Positions 39,610 to 48,670 of a stretch of 64,000 bases of DNA are shown here, piece by piece. Position numbers and translations under genes: made by a program. The notes under the pieces were generated by a model, which saw only the letters and a program-made list of their open reading frames with translations, ran no database searches and was not told the origin of the DNA. How positions within the stretch are numbered: the stretch's first letter is position 1; every line of letters starts with the position of its first letter. Source of the DNA: Candidatus Nanopelagicales bacterium (lineage in GTDB: Bacteria; Actinomycetota; Actinomycetes; S36-B12; UBA5976); NCBI GenBank assembly GCA_036796575.1, contig DAIRCR010000002.1:21020-85019 (forward strand), written 5' to 3'.

Positions 39610-40007
39610 CTTTGCATTAAGCGCGCGTATGTTTCGCGAAGCTCGGCTGGGATTCGGCCAGGCCGACCGCGTTCCATATCCATGCAAACCATCGTGGTTT
39701 TTGCGCGCAAGTATTCGACATCGCCATCGTGCATCGAGTAGGCAATTACGTAAGAGGTGTTTCCCATCGACTCAATCCAGACTGTCATCTCGATTGGTTC
39801 TGGCTGAAATACCAGTGGCTTTACGTAATCAATTTCGTGGCGAACAACTAATTGTCCAAAACCATCTAAGTCAGGAGCAAAGCCTGCTTGTGCCAGCAGC
39901 GATACCCGAGCGTCTTCTAAGTAGCCAACATAAGCGACATTGTTGATGTGCTTAAAGATATCCATGTCTCCCCAGCGCAAATGCACTGGAATTGTTAACA
40001 CTGTCAC
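39606..40007 (-). CDS. acyl-CoA thioesterase (4HBT/YbgC-like hotdog fold)
   Basis: 133 aa. LRWGDMDIFKHINNVAYVGYLEDARV. Confidence 0.75.
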   Translation of the reverse strand: MTVLTIPVHLRWGDMDIFKHINNVAYVGYLEDARVSLLAQAGFAPDLDGFGQLVVRHEIDYVKPLVFQPEPIEMTVWIESMGNTSYVIAYSMHDGDVEYLRAKTTMVCMDMERGRPGRIPAELRETYARLMQS

Positions 40008-40054
40008 CGAATACCTGCCTTAACGTGGGTTAATGCATCAAGCGTATCGGGTTG

Positions 40055-40537
40055 CTACCGAGCGTCTACGAAGTCTGCTTTACTGCCATTTGCATTGAAC
40101 TGTGGTCGCTTAGTTGGAAAGTCAGCTTCGAATAACTGGGAAGTTATCAGCATGTCAGCGGTTGTTCTATTGACTGCGATTCCAGCGTTCCACAAAGTTG
40201 CAATACGCAACAATGCCTTTACATCTGGGTCGTGAGGTTGTGGTTCAAGCGGATCCCAGAAAAAGACCAAAATATCAATTTTGCCCTCGGCAATAGCTGC
40301 ACCAATTTGCTGGTCTCCGCCAAGTGGGCCGCTTAAGAACCGATTGACAGGCAAATCTAGGGCATCGGCTAATAGCGATCCGGTAGTACCGGTTGCGAAT
40401 AGGTTGTGCCTGGAAAGGAGGCGACGATTCTGCCGACTCCAATCAAGTAATTCTGCCTTTTGATTATCGTGTGCGACTAACGCAATGTTTCTGGTAATCC
40501 AAGGCTTAACAACACCTGATTTGATTACATCTCTCAT
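40055..40537 (-). CDS. mgsA: methylglyoxal synthase
   Basis: Motifs IALVAHDNQK, ATGTTG, GPLGGDQQIGA and PHDPDVKALLR. Confidence 0.88.
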   Translation of the reverse strand: MRDVIKSGVVKPWITRNIALVAHDNQKAELLDWSRQNRRLLSRHNLFATGTTGSLLADALDLPVNRFLSGPLGGDQQIGAAIAEGKIDILVFFWDPLEPQPHDPDVKALLRIATLWNAGIAVNRTTADMLITSQLFEADFPTKRPQFNANGSKADFVDAR

Positions 40538-40618
40538 GATTTAAATGTGACACGACAAAGCCAACTAAGTCTTAACAGAGACCAAACTCAAGGTGTACGA
40601 CTATCCAAAAATTGGAAA

Positions 40619-42316
40619 TTAGCCTCGAGTTAGTTTGCGATACGTTGCTCGATGCGGACGAGCTGCATCTGCGCCAAGGCGGTCAATCTTGTTCTTTTCA
40701 TACGACTCGAAGTTTCCTTCAAACCAGAACCATTGAGAGTCACCTTCGTAAGCCAAGATGTGAGTGGCAATCCGGTCTAGGAACCAGCGATCGTGAGAGG
40801 TGATCACGGCACAGCCAGGAAATTCAAGGAGAGCATTTTCCAGCGATCCAAGGGTTTCAACATCTAGATCGTTAGTAGGTTCGTCGAGTAGCAGTACGTT
40901 TCCACCTTGCTTCAAGGTAAGGGCAAGGTTCAAGCGGTTTCGCTCACCACCAGACAGCACGCCAGAAGGCTTTTGTTGGTCTGGGCCCTTAAAACCAAAC
41001 GCACCGATGTAAGCACGAGATGGCATTTCAACTGCGCCAACCTTGATCCAGTCCAGACCATCAGAAACTACTTCCCATACGTTCTTCGCTGGATCTAGTC
41101 CAGCGCGGCTCTGGTCAACATAGGAAAGCTTTACAGTCTCGCCAACCCGAAGAGTTCCAGAGTCTGGCTGAGTGGATGCATCGCTGGTGTCGCCTTCGGC
41201 AGCCGCAACAATCATGCGGAACAAAGTGGTTTTACCAACACCGTTAGGTCCGATCACACCAATGATGCCGTTACGTGGCAATGTGAAAGACAAGTCATCC
41301 ATCAGGATTCGATCGCCAAAACCTTTGGAGAGTTTGTCGGCTTCGATTACGACGTTACCTAAACGTGGACCCGGTGGAATCTGAATTTCTTCAAAGTCCA
41401 TCTTGCGAGTCTTCTCGGCTTCAATGGCCATTTCTTCGTAGCGATCAAGACGAGCGCGACTCTTGGTCTGGCGCGCCTTGGCATTCGAACGAACCCATTC
41501 AAGTTCTTCTTGCAGGCGCTTGGAAAGTTTTGCATCTTTAGCGCCTTCAACCTTTAGGCGGGCTTGCTTCTTTTCCAAATACGTCGAGTAGTTGCCTTCA
41601 TATGGGTAAGCACGACCGCGGTCGAGTTCAAGAATCCACTGGGCAACATTGTCAAGGAAGTATCTATCGTGAGTGATCGCTATAACTGTGCCTGGGTATT
41701 TTTCTAAATGCTGTTCTAGCCAGTTAACGCTCTCGGCATCAAGGTGGTTAGTTGGTTCATCCAAAAGCAACAAATCAGGCTGCTGTAACAAAAGTTTGCA
41801 AAGAGCTACACGGCGACGCTCACCACCGGAAAGCACGCTGACGTCGGCGTCACTAGGTGGGCAACGAAGTGCATCCATTGCCTGCTCTAGTTGGTTATCA
41901 AGATCCCAAGCATTTTTGTGATCAATGGCTTCTTGCAGAGTTCCCATTTCGGCCATCAAGGCATCGAAGTCAGCATCTGGATCTGCCATTTGAGCAGACA
42001 CTTCATTGAAGCGAGCCAGCATTGCCATGGTTTCGGCAACGCCTTCTTGCACGTTCTCAATGACGTTCTTAGAGTCATCTAAATCTGGTTCTTGGGCAAG
42101 CATGCCGACTGTGTAACCAGCTGAAAGCATGGCATCACCATTGGAAATCTTCTCAACGCCAGCCATGATCTTTAACAAGGTCGACTTACCAGCACCGTTA
42201 GGACCAACAACGCCAATCTTCGCGCCAGGCAAGAAGGACAGGGTTACGTCATCCAAAATGACCTTGTCACCGTGGGCTTTACGTGCTTTTGCAAGGGTAT
42301 AAATGAACTCAGCCAT
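40619..42316 (-). CDS. ettA: ABC-F translational throttle protein EttA
   Basis: It has two ABC cassettes (GPNGAGKST/LSGGERRRVAL and GPNGVGKTT/LSGGERNRLNL). MAEFIYT is an EttA-type N-terminus. I chose ATG 42316. Confidence 0.92.
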   Translation of the reverse strand: MAEFIYTLAKARKAHGDKVILDDVTLSFLPGAKIGVVGPNGAGKSTLLKIMAGVEKISNGDAMLSAGYTVGMLAQEPDLDDSKNVIENVQEGVAETMAMLARFNEVSAQMADPDADFDALMAEMGTLQEAIDHKNAWDLDNQLEQAMDALRCPPSDADVSVLSGGERRRVALCKLLLQQPDLLLLDEPTNHLDAESVNWLEQHLEKYPGTVIAITHDRYFLDNVAQWILELDRGRAYPYEGNYSTYLEKKQARLKVEGAKDAKLSKRLQEELEWVRSNAKARQTKSRARLDRYEEMAIEAEKTRKMDFEEIQIPPGPRLGNVVIEADKLSKGFGDRILMDDLSFTLPRNGIIGVIGPNGVGKTTLFRMIVAAAEGDTSDASTQPDSGTLRVGETVKLSYVDQSRAGLDPAKNVWEVVSDGLDWIKVGAVEMPSRAYIGAFGFKGPDQQKPSGVLSGGERNRLNLALTLKQGGNVLLLDEPTNDLDVETLGSLENALLEFPGCAVITSHDRWFLDRIATHILAYEGDSQWFWFEGNFESYEKNKIDRLGADAARPHRATYRKLTRG

Positions 42317-42396
42317 GGTCACGAGTCTAACGTGCGAAAAACAGGAGTGGTTTCGCGCCGATAGAATTGGAAGGCTTCAGGACACCTGCTAGCAAT

Positions 42397-42472
42397 GCGC
42401 CCGTAGCTCAACGGATAGAGCAACAGGTTTCTACCCTGTCGGTTGGGGGTTCGATTCCCTCCGGGCGTACCA
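42397..42472 (+). tRNA. tRNA-Arg (anticodon UCU), CCA encoded
   Basis: Hand fold: acceptor GCGCCCG/CGGGCGU (G1-U72), anticodon loop UUUCUAC, T-loop UUCGAUU. Length is 76 nt. Confidence 0.88.
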
Positions 42473-42521
42473 ATGTGGCCAGAAAAGGCGCCACTATCGT
42501 CTTCTCTCTATATTTAGACAC

Positions 42522-42662
42522 ATGCCTCGCTTTGCTAAAACCAAGAATGGTTTTGCTCCAAAAATCTGTGCTACCTGCGGGTTGGAGTTCGAGTGGCGCA
42601 AAAAGTGGCAACGCGATTGGCAGAACGTTAAGTATTGCTCCGAGAAGTGCAAATCAAAATGA
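42522..42662 (+). CDS. DUF2256-like zinc-ribbon mini-protein (46 aa; absent from the supplied ORF track)
   Basis: My own translation is [46 protein letters not shown] (CxxC...CxxxC). Its TGA overlaps the ATG of the next gene (ATGA at 42659-42662). Confidence 0.7.
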   Translation: MPRFAKTKNGFAPKICATCGLEFEWRKKWQRDWQNVKYCSEKCKSK

Positions 42663-44134
42663 CCAAGCGCATTCTCTACATTCCCTTTGATCACCTGAAT
42701 CTCAACTATGGAGTTTTGAAGGATTCCGATCCCAAGACTGATCATGTTGTAATCATTGAAAGTGCCCGCATGACTTCCGGCCGACCATGGCATAACGAGC
42801 GCTTATTCTTTTTGATCTCATCAGCTCGTCACTTTGCTAAAGAGCTGGAACGAGCTGGTTACGAAGTTACTTATCTGAAAAGCCCAACAACTATTGATGG
42901 CTTAAAGCAAATCCAGAAAAGTTTAGGCGAGCTGCCAATTCATGCTGCCGAGCCATCATCATTTCGACAATTCAATCAACTTCAAGAATTCGGGGTGCAA
43001 TACGTACCCAACGATTTCTTCCTAACGTCACGAACTGATTTCAAGACTTGGGCTGATAAACAGAAATCTTTTCTGATGGAAACTTTTTATCGCGCCCAAC
43101 GCATTCGCCTGAACATCATGGTTGAAAATGGCAAACCAGATACTGGCGTTTGGAATTTTGATAAAGACAACCGACTGCCACCACCCAAGAACTACACCTG
43201 GCCAAAGTACTTAGAACATAAACGAGATGAAATCGATCTTGAAGTTTGTGCCGAGCTTGGAATGGAATCAACGAAAACTTGGGCTACCACTCGCGCTGGC
43301 GCGCTTGCGCAATTGGATCACTTCATCAAGACAAGTTTAGTTGATTTTGGTCCTTATGAAGATGCAGTCTCGGCGGATAGTTGGGCGCTACATCATTCAT
43401 TGTTAAGTCCATACCTAAACAATGGCTTGCTACATGCCTCCGAAGTAATCGATGCAGTCTTGCTCAAGTATCACGCGGGTCATGCCCCAATCGGTTCAGT
43501 TGAAGCTTTCGTGCGACAGATTATTGGTTGGCGTGAGTACCTAAATGGCATGTATTGGCACTTGGGCGCTGACTACCGGGATAACAATCAACTGGGAGCA
43601 GTGCGAAAATTGCTTCCGCTGTTTCAAGATTCCAGCAAGACAAAAATGAACTGTGTCAAGAGCATCGTTTCCGACATAGAGACTCGTGCCTGGACTCACC
43701 ACATTCCAAGATTGATGATTCTTAGCAACCTGGCACTGATCACCGGAACTAAGCCAATTGAATTCCTGGATTGGATGCGCGAGCAATTCATCGATGCCAG
43801 CGAATGGGTTATGGTTCCGAATGTAATCGGGATGGGACTGCATGCAGATGGCGGACAGTTAATGACTAAGCCATATGCGGCAGGTGGCGCCTACATAAAT
43901 CGCATGACGCAATCTTGTAAGGGCTGTGATTACGATCCAAAGCTTCGTGTTGGTGACAACGCCTGCCCGTTCACAACTTTGTACTGGGATTTCCTAGATC
44001 GAAATAAAGAAGCCTTTGCGAAGAACCATCGAATGGGTCAGCAAGTAAACGGATTGAAGCGATTGAGCGATTTACCTGAATTGCGCGTAAGAGCCCAAGA
44101 AGTACTTAAGGGACTTGAGAACGGAACTATTTAA
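42659..44134 (+). CDS. FeS-BCP-class cryptochrome/photolyase (PhrB/CryB-like, probable (6-4) photolyase)
   Basis: It is collinear with my recollection of Agrobacterium PhrB ([34 protein letters not shown]...YINRM). All four [4Fe-4S] Cys positions are present (MNC, C.GC.YDP, NACPF). Confidence 0.85.
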   Translation: MTKRILYIPFDHLNLNYGVLKDSDPKTDHVVIIESARMTSGRPWHNERLFFLISSARHFAKELERAGYEVTYLKSPTTIDGLKQIQKSLGELPIHAAEPSSFRQFNQLQEFGVQYVPNDFFLTSRTDFKTWADKQKSFLMETFYRAQRIRLNIMVENGKPDTGVWNFDKDNRLPPPKNYTWPKYLEHKRDEIDLEVCAELGMESTKTWATTRAGALAQLDHFIKTSLVDFGPYEDAVSADSWALHHSLLSPYLNNGLLHASEVIDAVLLKYHAGHAPIGSVEAFVRQIIGWREYLNGMYWHLGADYRDNNQLGAVRKLLPLFQDSSKTKMNCVKSIVSDIETRAWTHHIPRLMILSNLALITGTKPIEFLDWMREQFIDASEWVMVPNVIGMGLHADGGQLMTKPYAAGGAYINRMTQSCKGCDYDPKLRVGDNACPFTTLYWDFLDRNKEAFAKNHRMGQQVNGLKRLSDLPELRVRAQEVLKGLENGTI

Positions 44135-45147
44135 CGACCATCAAGAATTGGTTGGCCTGGATTCCAAGTAGTTCCGTCACGATCATCTTTACGACGACGC
44201 GCCATTCCAGAAAGAACCTCAAGGACTACTCGGTTACCAAGTAACGCAGTAATGTCGGCGTGATCATAAGGCGGGCTAACTTCTACGACGTCAACGCCAA
44301 CGATTGGTAGTTGGTATGCCATGCGTCGAACGGTATCTAGTAGCTCGCGAGAAGTTAAGCCACCTGGTTCTGGCGTACCCGTTCCGGGCGCAGAACCAGG
44401 ATCTACAACATCAATATCAACACTTAAATAAATCGCATCACACTCTTGCAGTGCAAGTTCGATGGCTTCATCGATACATTCTTTCAATCCACGATGCACG
44501 ATCTCGGTCATCTCGTAGGAACGCATACCTTGAGCGGCCATCCAATCCAAGATGTCAGGTGGTGGCCAATAGCCACGAAGGCCAACTTGAATAAAGCGAT
44601 CGCCACGAACTGCGCCACTGTCAATCAAAAGGCGCATCGGTTGACCATGGCCAACCAAAGATCCAAAGGCAATGTCACCTGTGTCGGCATGTGCGTCAAA
44701 GTGAATAACGCCGACTCTTCCCCACATGTCCGCGCCGCGGGCGACGCCAGTTACGTTTGGCCAAGTTACGGTGTGGTCGCCACCAAGAACTAACGGAATC
44801 GCGCCCGATGCAGCAATCTTTTCAATTACTTTTTCTAAGTTTTCACACGACTTAACAGCATCGCCGGAATACATCTCGACGTCGCCCATGTCATAGACCC
44901 GCAGATCCTTAAGGCCGTTGACGCGAAGAGCCATGCTCTCGCGAGAACCGTTATGTTCTTCATTGCAAACCTCGCGCATGGCCTTTGGACCAAAGCGAGC
45001 ACCGGAACGGTAGCTAGTTCCACCATCGAATGGGGCTCCCACAATTACAACGTCAGCGTCAGCATAAGTAGATGGGACTTCAATGTCGCATTCATCGACA
45101 CCTAAGAATGTGATATTTGGGCCATACATGGATCCGTAGCGAGTCAT
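44131..45147 (-). CDS. agmatinase/ureohydrolase family (arginase fold) enzyme
   Basis: It has Mn-binding motifs GGDHTVT, FDAHADTGD and SVDIDVVDP..PGTGTPEPGG. Substrate (agmatine versus other guanidino compounds) cannot be assigned by eye. Confidence 0.8.
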   Translation of the reverse strand: MTRYGSMYGPNITFLGVDECDIEVPSTYADADVVIVGAPFDGGTSYRSGARFGPKAMREVCNEEHNGSRESMALRVNGLKDLRVYDMGDVEMYSGDAVKSCENLEKVIEKIAASGAIPLVLGGDHTVTWPNVTGVARGADMWGRVGVIHFDAHADTGDIAFGSLVGHGQPMRLLIDSGAVRGDRFIQVGLRGYWPPPDILDWMAAQGMRSYEMTEIVHRGLKECIDEAIELALQECDAIYLSVDIDVVDPGSAPGTGTPEPGGLTSRELLDTVRRMAYQLPIVGVDVVEVSPPYDHADITALLGNRVVLEVLSGMARRRKDDRDGTTWNPGQPILDGR

Positions 45148-45189
45148 AGGAATAGTTTAACTGTTGAAAAATCCAGTTAGGCGCGGAAC

Positions 45190-45381
45190 TTACTTAATGC
45201 GGCCTCTAATAAATGTTGCTATCGCAAGCATTCCGCCAGTTAAAAATAGCAGCCAAGCAATGGGGATCAAAAAGAATGGTTCTACTAGAGTTCCATCTTC
45301 AGCTACCGACGAGCCAATGAGTGAATAGGCAACAACACATCCCAGGCCGGCAATGATTAGGGCGATAGCGGTACGTTTCAT
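45190..45381 (-). CDS. hypothetical two-helix membrane mini-protein
   Basis: 63 aa with two hydrophobic helices. It fills an otherwise empty spacer. Confidence 0.4.
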   Translation of the reverse strand: MKRTAIALIIAGLGCVVAYSLIGSSVAEDGTLVEPFFLIPIAWLLFLTGGMLAIATFIRGRIK

Positions 45382-45456
45382 AACTACTACTCTACGTCAT
45401 TACTTACGTTGCCCCCGCAGATGAAAGCCACTTCTGTCTTCCAATAACCTTGGGAC

Positions 45457-46068
45457 ATGAATGAAACGCCTGAAACCGACCGCATTGTCTGGATCGATTG
45501 CGAAATGACTGGACTAGATCTTAAAAATGATCTGCTGGTTGAAATCGCATGCGTCATTACCAATGCTCAACTTGAACTAGTTGCCGAGGGCTTGAGCATA
45601 GTTATTCAAGCACCAGCAGAACGCCTTGAATCTATGGATCCATTTGTTGTGAACATGCACACCGAATCTGGACTTCTGCCTGAAATTCCAAATGGCATTT
45701 CACTTGAGGCAGCTGAAGAACAGTTATTTGAATATATCTCCTCTCATATTCCAGAAGCCAGCAAGGCTCCCCTGGCAGGTTCCAGTGTTCACGTTGATCG
45801 GATTTTCCTGCAGCGGGATATGCCAAGAGTTGATTCTTACTTGCACTACCGAATCATCGATGTGTCTAGCATTAAGGAATTAGTGCGTCGCTGGTATCCA
45901 CGGGCCTACTTTGCTAGCCCAACAAAGACTGGAAACCACCGCGCACTCGGCGACATCTTGGACTCAATTAATGAATTGAAGTACTACCGCGAAGCAGTCT
46001 TTGTCGAACTTCCTGGTCCTGATACATCAACAGCCAAAGTGATTGCGGCCAAGCACGCACCAAATTAG
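45457..46068 (+). CDS. orn: oligoribonuclease
   Basis: It has DEDDh exonuclease motifs (WIDCEMTGLD, AGSSVHVDR, HRALGDI). Confidence 0.92.
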   Translation: MNETPETDRIVWIDCEMTGLDLKNDLLVEIACVITNAQLELVAEGLSIVIQAPAERLESMDPFVVNMHTESGLLPEIPNGISLEAAEEQLFEYISSHIPEASKAPLAGSSVHVDRIFLQRDMPRVDSYLHYRIIDVSSIKELVRRWYPRAYFASPTKTGNHRALGDILDSINELKYYREAVFVELPGPDTSTAKVIAAKHAPN

Positions 46069-46130
46069 CCCAACTGAACTTCCCTGAATAGAATGGGAAA
46101 CGTTCGCTGCAGAGAAATCTGTTGCAACAT

Positions 46131-46207
46131 GGTGGGTGTAGCTCAGCTGGTAGAGCACCTGGTTGTGGTCCAGGACGTCGCGGGTTCAAGTCCCGTCACT
46201 CACCCCA
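46131..46207 (+). tRNA. tRNA-His (anticodon GUG) with encoded G-1 and CCA
   Basis: Hand fold: G-1 plus acceptor GUGGGUG/CACUCAC, discriminator C, anticodon loop UUGUGGU, T-loop UUCAAGU. Confidence 0.95.
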
Positions 46208-46242
46208 AGTTTTCACCCGGACGGCCTGTCGAGCGTAAGCGG

Positions 46243-46279
46243 CAGGACGTCGCGGGTTCAAGTCCCGTCACTCACCCCA
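46243..46279 (+). repeat. perfect 37-nt direct duplicate of the tRNA-His 3' part (46171-46207): att-site-like scar
   Basis: caggacgtcgcgggttcaagtcccgtcactcacccca occurs twice, separated by 35 nt. The second copy has no matching 5' acceptor strand or D-arm, so it is not a tRNA. Confidence 0.9.
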
Positions 46280-46309
46280 TTAAATGATCAACCTGCTAGG
46301 TTTTGGATC

Positions 46310-46963
46310 ATGTCGACGTCAACACTGGATACGAAAAAGCTCCAGCTTCGAGGTATTCGGTTAGAGCAGTTCACAATCACCTACAACGTGATTGAAGGCG
46401 TAATCGCAGTTACCGCAGGATTTATCGCCAGTTTTATTTCGCTAATTGGATTCGGCTTCGATTCTGGAATTGAAGTTTTTGCCGCTGTATTAGTTTTGAC
46501 CCGCTTGAGGGCGCAGTTCTACTCGGGCGAGTTCAATGAAGCTAAAGAGCGCAAAGCATTAAAACTAATTGGCGTTACATTCTTTTTGTTAGCTGCTTAC
46601 GTCACATTTTCCAGCGTCCGAAACCTACTCACTGAAAGCACTTCGGAAGTAAGTGTTATCGGTATTGCTCTAACTTCTCTATCTGTAATCATCATGCCTT
46701 TCCTAGCTCACCTAAAAATGTCAACTGGTCGAAAACTGGGATCTCGATTGCTAATGGCAGACGCAAAGGAGACGCAACTTTGTGCTTGGCTTTCTGTCTC
46801 AACCTTGGCTGGACTAGTTACGTTCTATTTCTTCAGCTGGAACTGGGTAGACAGTGTGGCCAGTTTGGTGATTGCAGTTTTCGCTATCATGGAAGGTAGG
46901 GAGGCATGGGCTGGTGAACTCGCATGCGATGACTGCGAATGTATTGGTAAGTGCACCTGTTAA
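46310..46963 (+). CDS. cation-efflux (CDF)-like membrane protein, transmembrane domain only, with Cys-rich tail
   Basis: I chose ATG 46310 because the ORF-track start 46163 runs through the tRNA. It has about five or six helices with the segment ITYNVIEGVIAV..FDSGIE. The C-terminus is ACDDCECIGKCTC. Confidence 0.55.
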   Translation: MSTSTLDTKKLQLRGIRLEQFTITYNVIEGVIAVTAGFIASFISLIGFGFDSGIEVFAAVLVLTRLRAQFYSGEFNEAKERKALKLIGVTFFLLAAYVTFSSVRNLLTESTSEVSVIGIALTSLSVIIMPFLAHLKMSTGRKLGSRLLMADAKETQLCAWLSVSTLAGLVTFYFFSWNWVDSVASLVIAVFAIMEGREAWAGELACDDCECIGKCTC

Positions 46964-46966
46964 CTT

Positions 46967-47809
46967 CTAGTTATTACCGGTTTTCGGCGCTGGCGAATAC
47001 TTAGTCGCTGAATCTTCCCGGGTAAATCCATAAAGAGTTAATCCAAATTCACGTGCAGTTTCAACGGCTAATGATGTTGGCGCTGACACCGCAACTACTG
47101 CAGAGATTCTTGCCGCAATTGCCTTTTGAATGATTTCAAAACCACCACGACCCGAGATTGCCAACGAATAACCATCTAGCGGAAGTAACTCATTCATCAA
47201 GGCATAGCCGATGACTTTATCTACCGCATTGTGTCTGCCAACGTCCTCCCGAACCACAATCAACTTTCCTTGTGGATCAAATAGGCCAGCTGCATGCAGC
47301 CCGCCAGTCTTATCAAAAATCTTTTGCTTGGGTCGCATCAACTCTGGCAACTTCAACAATTCTGATTCCGAAATGCCAGGTGCAGCAACATTGGAGCAGC
47401 CTCTGGTACGCAAATCTTCAATGTGGGTAGAGCCACATACGCCACAGGCACTAGAAATTGTAAAACGTCTTTCAAGAGTGCGCGTAACGGCAGGAGCATC
47501 TGGGACGACCCGAGCTACGATCACATTCTCTTGCTCGCGTGGAGTTAACTCTTTATCTTTACAAGTTGTGATGCCAATCAAATCTTCCCTAGTGCGTAAC
47601 AAACCCTCAGTCCAAAGAAAGCCTGCACCCAATTCAATGTCTGCGCCAGGTGTTCGCATAGTTATAGCTAACTGCTGCAAGCCTGCACCGCCATCAATTC
47701 GAATCTCAAGTGGCTCTTCCCCAACCACATGATCACTAATGGTGGTGTTAGTTTTGGTTTTTAACACTTGAATCCGTTGGGTTGGATTCATCGGCTCTTG
47801 GCTAGTCAA
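46967..47809 (-). CDS. fdhD: formate dehydrogenase accessory sulfurtransferase FdhD
   Basis: Motifs ISSACGVCGS, GGLHAAG and VREDVGRHNAVDK. Confidence 0.9.
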   Translation of the reverse strand: MTSQEPMNPTQRIQVLKTKTNTTISDHVVGEEPLEIRIDGGAGLQQLAITMRTPGADIELGAGFLWTEGLLRTREDLIGITTCKDKELTPREQENVIVARVVPDAPAVTRTLERRFTISSACGVCGSTHIEDLRTRGCSNVAAPGISESELLKLPELMRPKQKIFDKTGGLHAAGLFDPQGKLIVVREDVGRHNAVDKVIGYALMNELLPLDGYSLAISGRGGFEIIQKAIAARISAVVAVSAPTSLAVETAREFGLTLYGFTREDSATKYSPAPKTGNN

Positions 47810-48656
47810 CGACTTGCCATTCAGCTACGGCATTAGAGACTGTTTCAATCAGATTGCGAACCTCATCTGGACTAAGGGAATCTTTACCTGCGGCATAGCC
47901 AAGTAAGAATGTTGTTAGAGGTGCTGACTTGCGCTCCACTCCATGAGCTACTTCGCGCGTTAAATCCAACAACTCAGATGTCAGAACTTCGTGTGGATCA
48001 ACGTCAAGCAAGGTTGCTACTCGAGTCATCCACATTTTAGTAATTTGATCCATTGCTTCGCTTCCGTTTACTGCCTTAGCAACATCTTGCCACGTATCAA
48101 AGTCAACAACTTGATCTGGATTCACGTTTACACCAACCATCTGGAGGCTCGACAAAAGCCTTAGTGGTGACTGGTTTACACCTTGGGTTGAATTCAGCAA
48201 GTCCCGCAACAATTCAGTGCGAACACTGGCACACAATGGTTGACCATTACCATCACTTCGAATCGCCCAAGCGCCATCTCTGCCAAGCGCAGCTGCAATC
48301 AATGTCGAAACAGTGTCACTGGAAAGCGTCTGGTCTGCCGCCGAAATGAAGACATATTCACTAGTCACGCTTGTCAGTCCAGACCAAATACCAGCTGCAG
48401 GCCCTCCGCCTGGATTCAAATCCGGAACCCAGGTAACTGATTCATTCGCAACGGTTCCGATTTCGCGTGGGTAACCCACTATGAAAACTTTCCCAGGACA
48501 GGATTGGATCACATCTGCAATCAGTGCATTGCCACCTAACCCAAGTGGCAACATTGCCTTATCTACGCCACCCATGCGCGTTGCACTGCCACCAGCAACA
48601 ATGATCGAATCAGGAATCGATGCATTACCGGTGCTCATAGTTATAAAGCATGACAT
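47802..48656 (-). CDS. mobA: molybdenum cofactor guanylyltransferase MobA fused to a DUF6457-like C-terminal domain
   Basis: It has the N-terminal motif IIVAGGSATRMGG.DKA. The ~90-aa C-terminal helical domain is as seen in actinobacterial MobA. The start (48656 versus 48638) is uncertain. Confidence 0.75.
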   Translation of the reverse strand: MSCFITMSTGNASIPDSIIVAGGSATRMGGVDKAMLPLGLGGNALIADVIQSCPGKVFIVGYPREIGTVANESVTWVPDLNPGGGPAAGIWSGLTSVTSEYVFISAADQTLSSDTVSTLIAAALGRDGAWAIRSDGNGQPLCASVRTELLRDLLNSTQGVNQSPLRLLSSLQMVGVNVNPDQVVDFDTWQDVAKAVNGSEAMDQITKMWMTRVATLLDVDPHEVLTSELLDLTREVAHGVERKSAPLTTFLLGYAAGKDSLSPDEVRNLIETVSNAVAEWQVVD

Positions 48657-48670
48657 GAGTTCGGTAGATT

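Noticed and set aside
46163-46309. N-terminal extension of the CDF-like ORF
   Set aside because: It would read through tRNA-His and its duplicated fragment. ATG 46310 gives a sensible membrane-protein N-terminus.
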